Positions 10,708-21,107 of a DNA stretch of 64,000 bases are shown here, piece by piece; positions within the stretch are counted from its first letter, which is position 1, and each line of letters begins with the position of its first letter. The stretch spans positions 158,351 to 222,350 of the forward strand of contig RQSC01000002.1 of assembly GCA_013416795.1 (NCBI GenBank). Reading direction: 5' to 3'. Source of the DNA: Prasinococcaceae sp. CCMP 1430 (taxonomy: Eukaryota; Plantae; Prasinodermophyta). Made by a program: the position numbers and the translations under genes. A model generated the notes under the pieces. That model was given only the letters and a program-made list of their open reading frames with translations. It was not told the origin of the DNA and searched no databases.

Positions 10708-10877
10708 CTCAAGCTGAAGTGCAGTAGCGAGACTCTGGTGAGGAACACGCCCGCATGTGCGCACGTAAGTTGTTTGAGAGATACACGAGGCGAAGGAGTC
10801 CTGCGCTAGAAGCAAAGTAGCGACCGAAGAGTGCAGTATGCGCTCTACCGCAGGCGCGCGCGGCCGAGCCATCGAGG

Positions 10878-12596
10878 TCAGCCCGCGCGCTTGCCGGCCG
10901 AGCGTCCTCGCCTGTGGCCCTCCAAGCGAGCGCGCTCCTGGTACTCCGCCTCAGCCTCGTCCGCGCTGTCTGCGATGTCAGTGTCCGACTCGGAGTCTGA
11001 ACGCCGCGCTGAGAATTCTGCCGCATAATCCTCATCTGCAGAATCGTCAATGCCACTGTCGCTTTGCGTCTATTGCCGCGCATCGCCAGCATGCCGCTGT
11101 GTTAGGGTAAATCTTGCAGACTGCAGCAAGCGAGGGCGGTGACGAGCGAGGGGCGATTTGCGACACCAGCGAGGGACGGGGTTGCGTACCTCAATCTCGC
11201 CCCCTTCCATGTCCTCAGACTCCGACTGACTTGTATTCGTCTCCTCCTGGATCTGCGCATCGCGTGAGCGCTTGCGTCCTCGCTCGTCATCGCTGGTGGT
11301 CCGAGCGCCCTCCCCCTCGGATTCACTGACCTCAGTCGTCGCCTCGCCGTCGTCGCTGCCATCTCCAGCGTCGTTGCCGTCGCTCGTCGGCTCGTGACTG
11401 CCGTTCTCCGCATCCGCGCTGGGAACGTCAATCCCCTTCGCAGAGCGCCCACGCCGCAAACCGCACCTGAGCGCTTCGGTCGGTAGCATGTGTCGCGCTT
11501 CGTCGGCAGTATCGGCTCGCGCGCTGGCGCGCCTGCTCCGCTTCCCACCGCCCTCCTCAGCGTCTTCAAACAGGGCGTCGTACGCGTCCGTCGTGTACGA
11601 CACAATTTTGCGCGCGCGCCGGCTGCGCCCAGTTTCTGAGGCAATCACGAGCGCGAGTTGCTCGTGCGTCCTCGCCTCCCGTCGGCGCGCGTCCCGCCGG
11701 CGCCGCTTTTCGTCGTTCTCGTGGTCCTCCAGCGCCTCTTGCAAAATGTCTGAGAGCTCACCGTCACAGCGTTTGAGGCGTCGAGCAAACTCGGCCGTTT
11801 CCTCGACGCCCGTGGCCAGCACCTCGAGCTCACCACCGAGAGGAGGAGGCACGAGATCATCGCGCATCCGGCGCGCCTGCCACTTGCACGGGCTCACGCC
11901 GTACAGGCGGACGCCAAGCGGCGAAGCCTCGTAAAAGTACTCGCGCCCGGACGCATCGACGTACACCGGCTCATCCCTGAGTTCCGGCGGCGGGCGTTGG
12001 CCGCGCGGCAGCTCCCCCCTCTCATAGGCGGCGTGATGCTTCGCCCAGTTCGCGATTTCATCCGCGACGTCACCTCCGGTGTGCAGCACAAAGTGGCATA
12101 AGGCCGACAGGACGTCCGCGCGGGAATCCGCGGGCAGCGCCGCGTACGCCTCCCATGCCGCATCCACGCCGCGCTCCTGGGGCGCGAGTGGGCAGTCCCC
12201 CGCGCTGTAGTGGCCCCAGTACTCTGCACACGCCCACGCGAGCTCGGCAACGAAGGAAACGTCGCAAAAGCTCTCGAACGCACCAACAAGCTCGCCCCAG
12301 TCCGCCAGCGTGTCGGCAGCGCTCGCTCCCAGCCCCGATGGCACAATCGGCGGCTCGGGGAGCCTCCTGGCCCTGTTCTGCGGCAGCACCGCCTTGAGGA
12401 GCGGCAGGTGCACCGCCGCAAGCACTGCCGCCGCCGCGCCACGCCTGCTGGGATCGCGAAGCGCGTGCTCGATCGTCGCGTGGCCGAGCCTCGCGGCGAC
12501 TAGGGCCTCGAGCGCCGGATTTGCGTCCTCGAAGACGACCACGAAGGAGAAATACTGCGCGGTGAGCTCCTCGAACGTCGCCGCTTTGGCCGCCAT
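10878..12596 (-). CDS. DDT/WHIM-WSD chromatin-remodelling accessory protein (DDR4/RSF1-like), about 532 aa
   Basis: Exons 12596..11190 and 11069..10878 with a phase-0 GT-AG intron. WHIM1-like SRADVLSALCHFVL, WSD-like LRDEPVYVDASGREYFY, GRSRRARKIVSY..YD, and an acidic tail. Confidence 0.6.
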
Positions 12597-12779
12597 CGCC
12601 GCCCCCCGCGCGCACGCACCCGGCGGACGCCCAGCGCCGGCCTCCGCGCGCGCAGTGCGATCAGGATGTCGACTTCGTCGCCGCGCGCGGGGGCAAAGCG
12701 CACGCCAGGGTGGCGCCCCGCGCCGCGGGACGTGCCGTGTGGCGGGCGCGCACCGCGCCAGCGCCTCGCCCGCACTGCT

Positions 12780-13210
12780 CCCCCCCGCCGCCATTTCCCG
12801 CCATTTTTTCCACCCGAACTTTTGATGGCATTTTCGTGCAAAAAATCCGTCGCTTCCGAGCGATGCACTGCTGCGAAAAGTCCAGCGGGGGAAAAACGCG
12901 CGGATTGCGTAATCATCCCCTTCAGTGCATTCCACCGAATGCGGTGCAGCTCAAGATTCAAACACGCGGGCGGGGCGGAAAAAAATGCGCATGCGCGCCG
13001 CGGCCGAACAGCCGCGCGGATTCTAAATCTAAATCAAAATCAAAATCTAAACTCGATCACGATTTACTGTACATGCGCGATGCACCGGACTCGCCGCCAT
13101 TTTTATCAAGGAAAATAGAGCGGAAATCATCGCGGAAAAAAGAGCCGTTGCGCCCGTTGGGTGGGGACAGGGTGACGGTGGAGGGCGCGGGTGAGGTGGG
13201 CGAACGGTAG
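12780..13210. promoter_or_regulatory. AT-enriched divergent promoter between the DDT-like and Zwint-like genes
   Basis: E2F-type TTTCCCGC at 12794..12801. AACGG (MSA-core) copies near 13145-13157 (minus strand) and 13204. A (TCTAAA/TCAAAA)x5 tract at about 13022-13051. Confidence 0.45.
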
Positions 13211-13458
13211 GGGGTGGGGGGTGGGGAAGAGGGGGGTGGGTAGGCGCGGAGGGGCCCAGGGGCGCCATAGCGCATCATCGGGGCGGGAGGAGACTACCGG
13301 GCGCGTGGGAGGGTCCGGGAAAGTCGGGCAGGCAAGCGCGCGCCGGCGCGACAGCGCGCGCCGCCGCGCACCCGCGCGGCAGCAGCCTCTGCGCCGCGCC
13401 CGCGGGGTGCGCGGGAGGGAGGGAAGCGGGGCGGGCGCCCTCCTCGCGCTGAGCGGAG

Positions 13459-14788
13459 ATGGCGACGATGGAAGACCTCGCCAAGCGTCTGAGCTTTGGC
13501 GACGCAACCGTCCACACGCCCGACGGTGGGCTGGCGCGCGCGCGCGACGTGCTCGCCGCTGTCACGGCCGGCACGCCGCCGCTCAGCGCGGCAGCGGACC
13601 AGGACGCCGCGCAGGAGGACCCCGAGGAGCGCGACGCAGCGGCCCTGAGGAGGGCACTGCGCGAGCGCTACGATCGCCCCCGTGCGCGCGTTTCGGAGAT
13701 GGTCGCGCGCTGCGCGGCGGCGCACGCCGCAGGGGAGCTCGTCGCGGACAGCTTCGCGGCGCATGAGCTCGAGTCGTCGCGCGCCGCGCTGAAGCGCGAC
13801 TTCATCGAGCTCAGCACGCAGCAGGAGGTGCTCTCGCTGCTCCTGGGGGCCAAAGGTGGCATGCCGTCTGTGGTGGCGGACGTGCAGCTTGGCAGCGTAG
13901 AGGACCTGGAAGCTGCACTTGCCGAGCACAAGGCGGCGAAGAAGGAGGCCAAGTCGGCCGCGCGCGCTGCGCTCGAGCGCGCACAGGGGCTCGTTGACGA
14001 GGTTGCGTCTGCTCACGAGGAGTACGAGGAGGAGCGGTCTGCCCTCATGCAGGCGATCGACGCCCTTGAGGCAGCTCAGCGGGAGCGCGAGGCAGCAGAG
14101 GCCGCCATGCCCTCGCCGCAGCCCGCCGAGGTGGTCGCGTCCGTCGAGCGCATCGCTGCGGACGCATCGGAGGCCGAGGCCGAGGCGCGCGCGCTCGCCG
14201 CCGCCATTTCCGCCGATGAGGAGGAGATTGCGTCACTTGAGGCCGATCTCCTCCCGCTGGAGGAGGAGCTCGGGGATCTTCGCGCCACCATTGACGCCGA
14301 AGAGGCGGCTGCCGCCACGGAGGAGCAGCTCGGGGCCAAGAAGGCGCGCTCGAGGGAAATGCACGCGTGGTATTCGCAGATGGCGCAGCTCGTGGCCAAT
14401 CTGGTGCGTGTGTGCGCTTGCCGCAGCTTACTCTCGCCGCGCGCTCGCACACGCGGGCTGCGCTCGTTGCCTATCCAACGCCGCGTTTCGCTGACGCGTG
14501 GCAATTCCGCTGTCTGCGCAGGGCGGTGCGACTCTCGTGAGAGACGAAGGAGACGAGGAAACGTCCGACGTGCTGCGCCTTCAGATCACAACATACGTGA
14601 AAGACGGGCAGGTGCCCCTCAATCACGAGCTCACGCTCGCATTCGCGCCTGGCACCACTGAGCTCGCCGGCGCCTCGCTCAGTCCCGCGGACACGCCCAT
14701 AGACGACCTTGTCGAGGCCGCCAAGACAGACGCTCACCCACTGGCTTTCATTCTGCGCGAAGTGAAGGCAAAGCTCGCAGGCTGCTAG
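13459..14788 (+). CDS. Kinetochore Zwint-1/Sos7-like coiled-coil + RWD-type protein
   Basis: Exons 13459..14403 and 14522..14788 (intron with GCTGAC). A long coiled coil is followed by HELTLAFAPGTTELAGASLSPADTPIDDLVEAAK...LAFILREVKAKL, resembling the C-terminal RWD-like fold of plant Zwint homologues. Confidence 0.55.
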
Positions 14789-15010
14789 AGAGTGAGCCGA
14801 GCGTAGCCGCCACTTGTACTTAGGCCACACAGTCTTAAGACCACAGAGACGTATCGGACACGCTCGAGACACGTGTAGCCAAGCCATTAGCCAGTGGCGC
14901 TGCGTGGAACAGAACATCTTCGCAGCGGGCAGCGCGTCCCATCACCCGCCGCCGCCTTTACCGCCAAGGTGAAATGCACAAGATCGGGAAGCGCGTACAC
15001 ATCTGATGAA

Positions 15011-16756
15011 TTACTCGGTCCCCGACTCCCACTTCTCGAGCATGAATCTGTCCCAGTCGTTGGCGCACCAGATTTGCCCGCTGCCGAATGCGCGTTGCGC
15101 CTGCTTCTTGAGTAGCCCGACGTGCCGCTTGTCCTCTTGCATACCGTCTCGCCCTTCGCTCTCGAGGTCAGCGGCAGATTCGGGCGGGGCCTCGAAGCGG
15201 GCAGAAAAGTGAGTGAGCACCAGGTGGCGCGCGCTGCAATCACGCGCGAAGCGGCCGGCCATGCCCGCGGTCGAGTGGCCCTTGCGCGTAGCATCGGCGA
15301 TTGCCCGTCGCATCTCGGACGGGTCGTTCTCTGGGCCGTCCGCGAACGTCGCCTCGTGCACGAGCAGGTCCGCGTTGCGCGCCAGCCGAAGTATGCCACG
15401 CGGCTCGTACGTATCGCCAAGAACCACGACCTTGCGGCCGCGCCTGGGCTTGCTCAAGACGTCTTCGGGTTGGATCACCTTGCCCTCGTACTCGACGCTC
15501 TCGCCGCGTGTAAGGGCCTTGAAGAGCGGCCCTGGTGGCAGACCCAGCGCGCGCGCGGCGTCGGGATTGAAACGCCCGCGGCGAGACGCTTCGACGAAGG
15601 CGTAGCCGATGCACGGCACCGCGTGCTTCAGCGGCGCGGCGTGCACCGAGATGCCCAGCTCGTCGTCGGCGCAGACGTCCCATTCGAGGCCATGCTCGAA
15701 TGGCACGCGCCACTCCTGCCCGCTGCGCGTGGGACGCGCCGACGGCATCAGCGCCGCAGCGTCCGGGTTCACCTTCCCGACCAGCTCCCGCACCACGATG
15801 GTGCCGTCCTTGTTCCCGCTGCGCCCCTTCTCGCCGAGTCCCTGCGCCTGCTCCTCGTCGACGAGCTCGGTGATTATCACCGGCATCGACAAGCGCGTGT
15901 ACGAAGTAGCGAGCGCGGCGCGCACATACGTTGCCAAGCCCTTGGGGCCGTACAGCCGCAAGGGCGTGCGCTTCTCCGGCGCCTCCTGCTTCTGGACCGC
16001 GCTCAGCCCGCAGATGAGGCCTGGCAGGCCAAAGATGTGGTCGCCGTGCAGGTGTGTGATGAAGACGCGGTCAATTTTGTTGAGCTTGACGCTCGCGCTC
16101 TGCATGATGCGCATCTGAGAGCCCTCGCCGCAGTCGACCATCCACGAGGTCGTTGGGGTGTTGAGCGCGATGCAGCTCACGCTGCGGCGCAGCGTCGGCG
16201 CACCGCCACTCGTGCCCAAGAAACACAACTCGAGCCCGGTGGGGATGCCCAGGTGCGCCCCACGCTCGAGGCGAACCACCTGGCCCGAACGATGGCGGTA
16301 TCGCTCCGTCACTTCGCTGTTCGACGGCTGCCAACGCCCGTCGCTCCGCTCGCCCTGCGCGCCGCCTCCCGACGCATGCCGCTGCTCCTGCTGCGCCTGC
16401 CCCTCTGCACGCGGCTCAAGTTCGAGCTGTTCGCCCGCGTGCCCGCCACCGCCGTTGGGCGAGTCGCTCTCCTCACCCATGGAGCGCGTGGCCGAGACAG
16501 CAGCGGCGCTCGCCTCGCCCTCTGCCCGTAGCGCCCCCGCGAGCAGCTCGACGAGCTGTGCTTTCCTCGCGCCTGCATGGCGCACGCCTCGCCTGTCGAG
16601 CTCCTTGCGCAGCTCGGCCACGCGCATCTTCGCGAGCGCGGCCGGCGCAGCCGGCGGGGTGTCGCGCGTGTCCGCCGCAAGCTCGACGCTCGAGCCAGCA
16701 GCCGCGACGAGCGCCGGTCGCCTCCTCGCCAGCCCAGCCCACGGCGCGCCGCGCGC
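15011..16756 (-). CDS. rnz: Short-form bacterial-type RNase Z with an N-terminal SAP domain (5' end in gap)
   Basis: LGTSGGAP, DCGEG, metallo-beta-lactamase THLHGDH, exosite LGLPPGP, GDT, HEAT, HST and LTHFSARF. SAP-like helix pair KMRVAELRKELDRRGVRHAGARKAQLVELL. Confidence 0.92.
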   Translation of the reverse strand, partial: ARGAPWAGLARRRPALVAAAGSSVELAADTRDTPPAAPAALAKMRVAELRKELDRRGVRHAGARKAQLVELLAGALRAEGEASAAAVSATRSMGEESDSPNGGGGHAGEQLELEPRAEGQAQQEQRHASGGGAQGERSDGRWQPSNSEVTERYRHRSGQVVRLERGAHLGIPTGLELCFLGTSGGAPTLRRSVSCIALNTPTTSWMVDCGEGSQMRIMQSASVKLNKIDRVFITHLHGDHIFGLPGLICGLSAVQKQEAPEKRTPLRLYGPKGLATYVRAALATSYTRLSMPVIITELVDEEQAQGLGEKGRSGNKDGTIVVRELVGKVNPDAAALMPSARPTRSGQEWRVPFEHGLEWDVCADDELGISVHAAPLKHAVPCIGYAFVEASRRGRFNPDAARALGLPPGPLFKALTRGESVEYEGKVIQPEDVLSKPRRGRKVVVLGDTYEPRGILRLARNADLLVHEATFADGPENDPSEMRRAIADATRKGHSTAGMAGRFARDCSARHLVLTHFSARFEAPPESAADLESEGRDGMQEDKRHVGLLKKQAQRAFGSGQIWCANDWDRFMLEKWESGTE

Positions 16757-16949
16757 NNNNNNNNNNNNNNNNNNNNNNNNNNNNNNNNNNNNNNNNNNNN
16801 NNNNNNNNNNNNNNNNNNNNNNNNNNNNNNNNNNNNNNNNNNNNNNNNNNNNNNNNNNNNNNNNNNNNNNNNNNNNNNNNNNNNNNNNNNNNNNNNNNNN
16901 NNNNNNNNNNNNNNNNNNNNNNNNNNNNNNNNNNNNNNNNNNNNNNNNN
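16757..16949. other. Assembly gap (N run)
   Basis: 193 consecutive N. Confidence 1.
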
Positions 16950-17143
16950 CGCTCGCGAGCGCACGCGCACGCGCGGCGGGAGCGGGAGCGGGAGCGGCGG
17001 CAGGAACGGCCGTGGCGGCGGCAGCAGTGGCGCTGCAGGCGGGGCTGCGCAGCGCACGCAGGGTGTGGCGCACACGGATAGCGCACGCAGCTTCGTAGCC
17101 GGTGCCCTCGCGCAGGGATTAGGCCGTGAGGTGGCGAGCGGCG

Positions 17144-17620
17144 ATGTTCGGCTACCCGAGCGGCGGCGGCGGCGGCGGGGCGATGGCGCCGCCGCCTGCG
17201 CCTGGAGGCAGGCGCCTCGCCGAGCACTTCAGCCAAGTGCAGCTGCGTGACGGCAAGGGGCAGGGCGAGAATGGAGGCTTCATGTACGATTTGCCCGATG
17301 ACGCGGAGGACATGGCCGCCGACGGAAGTGGCGACGGGATGCAATGTGGCTCAGACGGCGGTGCGCAAGGGGGCGGGTCCAAAAAGGGAGGGGGAGGCAT
17401 TATTGGCGAGTTCAATTGGGAGGGGAGGGGGCCTCAGCCTGTGTGCATGCATGCAGCGCAATGGGTTCCCGCACGAGGCTTGTGCGCCGAGGCGGGCGGG
17501 GGAGGGGGCTGTGGCAGGGGCGCTCAGGGTGTGGGGGGGGAGGGGGAATGGGGGGGATGGGAGCGGCGACAGGCCCGTGGTGTGGAGGCAATGGCTGGCA
17601 TCGTGCCAGCAACCTGGTGA
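17144..17620 (+). CDS. Unassigned Gly-rich ORF or exon
   Basis: ATG-initiated with coding-like codon use in the first half (MFGYPSGGG...RRLAEHFSQVQLRDG...FMYDLPDDAEDM), degrading into G-runs. No family recognised. Confidence 0.3.
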   Translation: MFGYPSGGGGGGAMAPPPAPGGRRLAEHFSQVQLRDGKGQGENGGFMYDLPDDAEDMAADGSGDGMQCGSDGGAQGGGSKKGGGGIIGEFNWEGRGPQPVCMHAAQWVPARGLCAEAGGGGGCGRGAQGVGGEGEWGGWERRQARGVEAMAGIVPATW

Positions 17621-17841
17621 AGAACAATACAGGGGGCAAAAATTACAAGCATAGCAGGGAGAGTCGGCGGAGGCGGTGCGCTGCGCTGGCTCGCGCAGAC
17701 CCGACGAGACCGCGGCGGGATATTGCACCGCATGCGACGGTGGACGCGCCATCTCGCCGGGCTCGATCGTGGTCGCGTCGTCCTGTGGATCCCCCGGCCT
17801 CGCGGGCGGAAGTATAGCCGCCGCGCTGGCCACGGACGAGC

Positions 17842-18640
17842 TCAAGCGCACAGCTCCATCGCATCCTGGGGGTGCGAACCAGCGGTGTCCGCCCTCTGCC
17901 GCGCGCGCCGCCCGTTTCCAGGTCTCCCCTGCGCTGCTCTCGCTGCCACAGGCTCCCCTGTCGCCTCTGCCATCCCGACCCCGTGCATGTCGGCGAGTTT
18001 TTCACGGCCGCCCTGTATAAGTGTCCTGTTGAAGACGCCGCCAAGGCCGTACGCAGGCAGCATGCGAATGGACCGCGCGGCGCACGCCGATGCCGTGGAT
18101 CCCCTCAGGCTTCGTAGCCTCTTCAGCATTGGCGTCTTGGGCGACGAGGCGTACGAGAGCGCCAGCACGTGCAACGGCGTGCACAACAACTGCATTGCGG
18201 ACGGCGTTGTGAGCTGTGCGACATTGGCCGCCGAATCGGTATCCAGACCCGCCGCGCGCTCGAGCGCCGCTGCAAACACGGCAGGCACAATGAAGGCGCC
18301 GCCGATGGTCAAGATATCGCGCCCCGCAAAGAGCGCGTACGATATGGGCGGCACGGCGGTGACGCAGCCGCCGTACATGCGCGCGAAGGCGGCGTCCTTG
18401 GCGACACTGGCGCCCATGTTCACCGCCGTCGTGGTGGCGAACTTTGCCGAGGTGGCGACAGCGGCCGAGCAGCGGGTGCGCTCCGCGACGACGTCCATCA
18501 GGTTCGCTGCGATGTACGTTGAACCGTACACGCCGGCGACCATGCGAGTCGACGGGGCCAGCATGGCAGTCACCGGGTTTTTGAGGGTTGCAGAGCCGAT
18601 GCGAATCGCGGCCTTGAAGACACCCTCGGCGCCGCCCTTC
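17842..18640 (-). CDS. Membrane protein of a sideroflexin/carrier-like protist-fungal family (5' end unresolved)
   Basis: Motifs VYGSTYIAAN, TTTAVNM..SVAKDAAFARMYG, SYALFAGRDILTI, QLTTPSAMQLLCTPLHVLAL and RSIRMLPAYGLGGVFN, recalled from an uncharacterised family in fungi, stramenopiles and kinetoplastids. Confidence 0.55.
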
Positions 18641-19176
18641 GCAATTCATGTGATGCGCACAGTCGAGAGCGACCGCGTCAGAGCGAGCGAGCGAGCGAGC
18701 GCCCCGCGGGACGCGCTCCCTGCTGTGTGGCGCGGCAGCGCTTGGCGGGCGCCGCGCCGCACCACCGCGCCCCAGCGGCGCACGCTATCGCGGGCAGGCC
18801 GCACTGCCACGCGCGACACCCGCCCCGCGCGCCGCGCTCTCTGCGGGACGGATGAGGGGAGTATCGGGAGCGCTGTGCGTGCGTGTTCATTTTTTCCCGC
18901 GGGCGGCTTTTTGGCAGTTTTTTGCGCGAAAACAAAAACGGCAGGTGCGATTCGGCAATTTCGGATGGCGCTGTGCGCAGGGAAAAAAAAAAAAAGGACG
19001 CGAAACGCCCGTGCGCGACCTTCCCCACATAAACATGCCAAGAAACGCCGGCTGGGGCGCGCGTGTGCGCGCGGGGCCCCAGCCGGCGTGTGGCGTGCCT
19101 CCCCCCCCCCCTCCTCCCTGCCGAGCCTCGCCTCGCCTCCGAGCGGCGCGGCCTGCGCGGCCGCGGCGCGCGCGNG

Positions 19177-19743
19177 CCAGACTTCGAGGGCGACACGCCT
19201 GCGCATTTCGCAGCTTCGTGGTGTGAGGACAGCTGCCTTCAGCTGCTCCTCGAGGCAGGCGCAGACAAGGACAGGCCAAGCGACGACGGCAGCACGCCTC
19301 TGCATCTTGCAGCCGCGCCTATGTATCACGAAGGCGATGCAGGCCGGGCAGGCCGCACAGGTGAGCGTGTCTCTGCCAATCACAGATGCCTTCAGCTACT
19401 GCTCGAGGCAGGCGCCAATATAGACAAGGCAGATCAGTGGGGCAGTACGCCCCTGCATCTCGCAGCTGAGCTGGGCCATAAACGCTGCCTTCAGCTGCTC
19501 CTCGAGGCGGGGGCGAGCATCGAGGAAGTAGACGGCGACGGCTGCACGCCTCTGCATCTCGCAGCTGTGCGAGGCTCACATCGCTGCCTTCAGCTGCTGC
19601 TCGAGGCGGGGGCGAACATCGAGGGAGTAGATGGCAACGGCAGAACGCCTCTGCATGTCGCAGCTGAGCGGGACCAGAAACGCTGCCTTGAGCTGCTGCT
19701 CGAGGCGGGCGCGAAAGAAGATAAGGTAGACGATAACGGCAGG
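19177..19743 (+). CDS. Ankyrin-repeat protein fragment (about 5 repeats) starting at the single N at 19175
   Basis: Repeated G.TPLHLAA...RCLQLLLEAGA.I...D units with a 99-bp period. No start codon and an abrupt 3' end. Confidence 0.85.
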
Positions 19744-20066
19744 GGGTCCGATGTCTGGCCAGGCCAGGCCTGGCGTGCCCTGCCCGGTGGTTGGCAGGGC
19801 GCGCGCCCCTCGGGGCGGTTCGCGCGCGCGCCGCCGCGAGCCGTTTGATGGGTGAGAGGATCCGAGTCGTGGGGCGGCGCGCGAACGCGCTTCCCGACGC
19901 CGAATGCACGAATGATCCAGGAAACGGCATCCGCGGCGGTGGTGCTGAGAGCCCCCTCCTTGCTGCATTATCCGTACCGGCGCCCGCAGGCGTTGCTGGC
20001 GCGTGGCGGGCGCGCCACAGCGCGCGCGTGCGGGCGCAGGCGCGCCTCGGTCCGCCCCGTCCGACC

Positions 20067-20797
20067 ATGGCAACGGCGGCGCGCCTGACGAGCGCGCGCT
20101 GGCCGCGGCCGCGCTCTCGGCGACGCTGTGCGCGGCGCCGGTCGTGCCGCAGGCGCTGGCGATCCCGCAGACTGCGAACGAGGACTACTCATACAGGTGC
20201 GACCAAAGCGTGTGCGCCACATGCACGCCCGCCCTCGCCGCCGTGCGCGAGCGCCCCGGCTGCGCGAGCGGCGGGCGCTCCGCGCTCGCGACGGACCGCC
20301 GTGCGAGCAGACGTGGTGCGCGCCCACTGCGAAGCGTCCGCGCGCTGACGCCGTGCTCGCTTCCTCTCGCCGCCGGCGTACGCTCGTGCAGGGACTTTTC
20401 CGGGCAGGACTTGAGCGAGGAGGCTGCCGCCGCGATGCGCACGACCGCGGTGCAGTTCGCGAAGGGGCAGATGCAGGGCGCCGACTTCACGGACGCCAAG
20501 TGTCGCGGCGTGTCGTTCTTCGGCGCGATGATGAAGGAGGCCAAGCTCATCAACACTGACCTGAGCTACGCCAACCTCGGCCAAGCCAACCTGACGGGCG
20601 CCGACCTGTCGGGCGCGGTGCTTGAGGGCGCCATCTTCTCGTCTGCCGTCCTCGACGGGACGAACATCGAGAACTCGGACTGGTCCGAGGTGCTGCTGCG
20701 CGCGGACGTCAATGCGAAGCTGTGCGCCTCGCCAACTGCAAAGGGCGTCAACCCAGTCACCGGCGTGGCCACGCGCGACTCGCTCTTCTGCGACTGA
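20067..20797 (+). CDS. Thylakoid-lumen pentapeptide-repeat protein (TL17-like)
   Basis: Hydrophobic leader ending in ALA|IPQ (AxA site), intron 20197..20391, A(D/N)(L/F)xx pentapeptide repeats, and C-terminal LCASPTAKGVNPVTGVATRDSLFC. ATG 20067 is out of frame at the (GC)n run 20092-20099. Confidence 0.85.
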
Positions 20798-21107
20798 GAA
20801 GCTCACGCGTGGGTGGCGCCAGGGCCGCCCGGTGCCCCACGCACCCCGCCCCACCTCGCTCTCCCCGCGCGCACGCGCGATGGGAGGTTTGTTGTTATGT
20901 ACCAGCGTCTCCTGTGACCACAAGGCTCGCGAGCCTCGAGCACCCGTCATGTGCGGCTGACGGTCCGCCGCTGTTGTTCTGCGCGCACATGCCTGCGTCC
21001 CACAGCTCGTACAATCTAGCTAGCCAGTCGCGCGAGGAGTGACACAAGACCGGTCTGTTCTTATCCGATTTGGTAGGGGGCGGAGGTGCCTGGGTGGGCC
21101 CTCGTCT

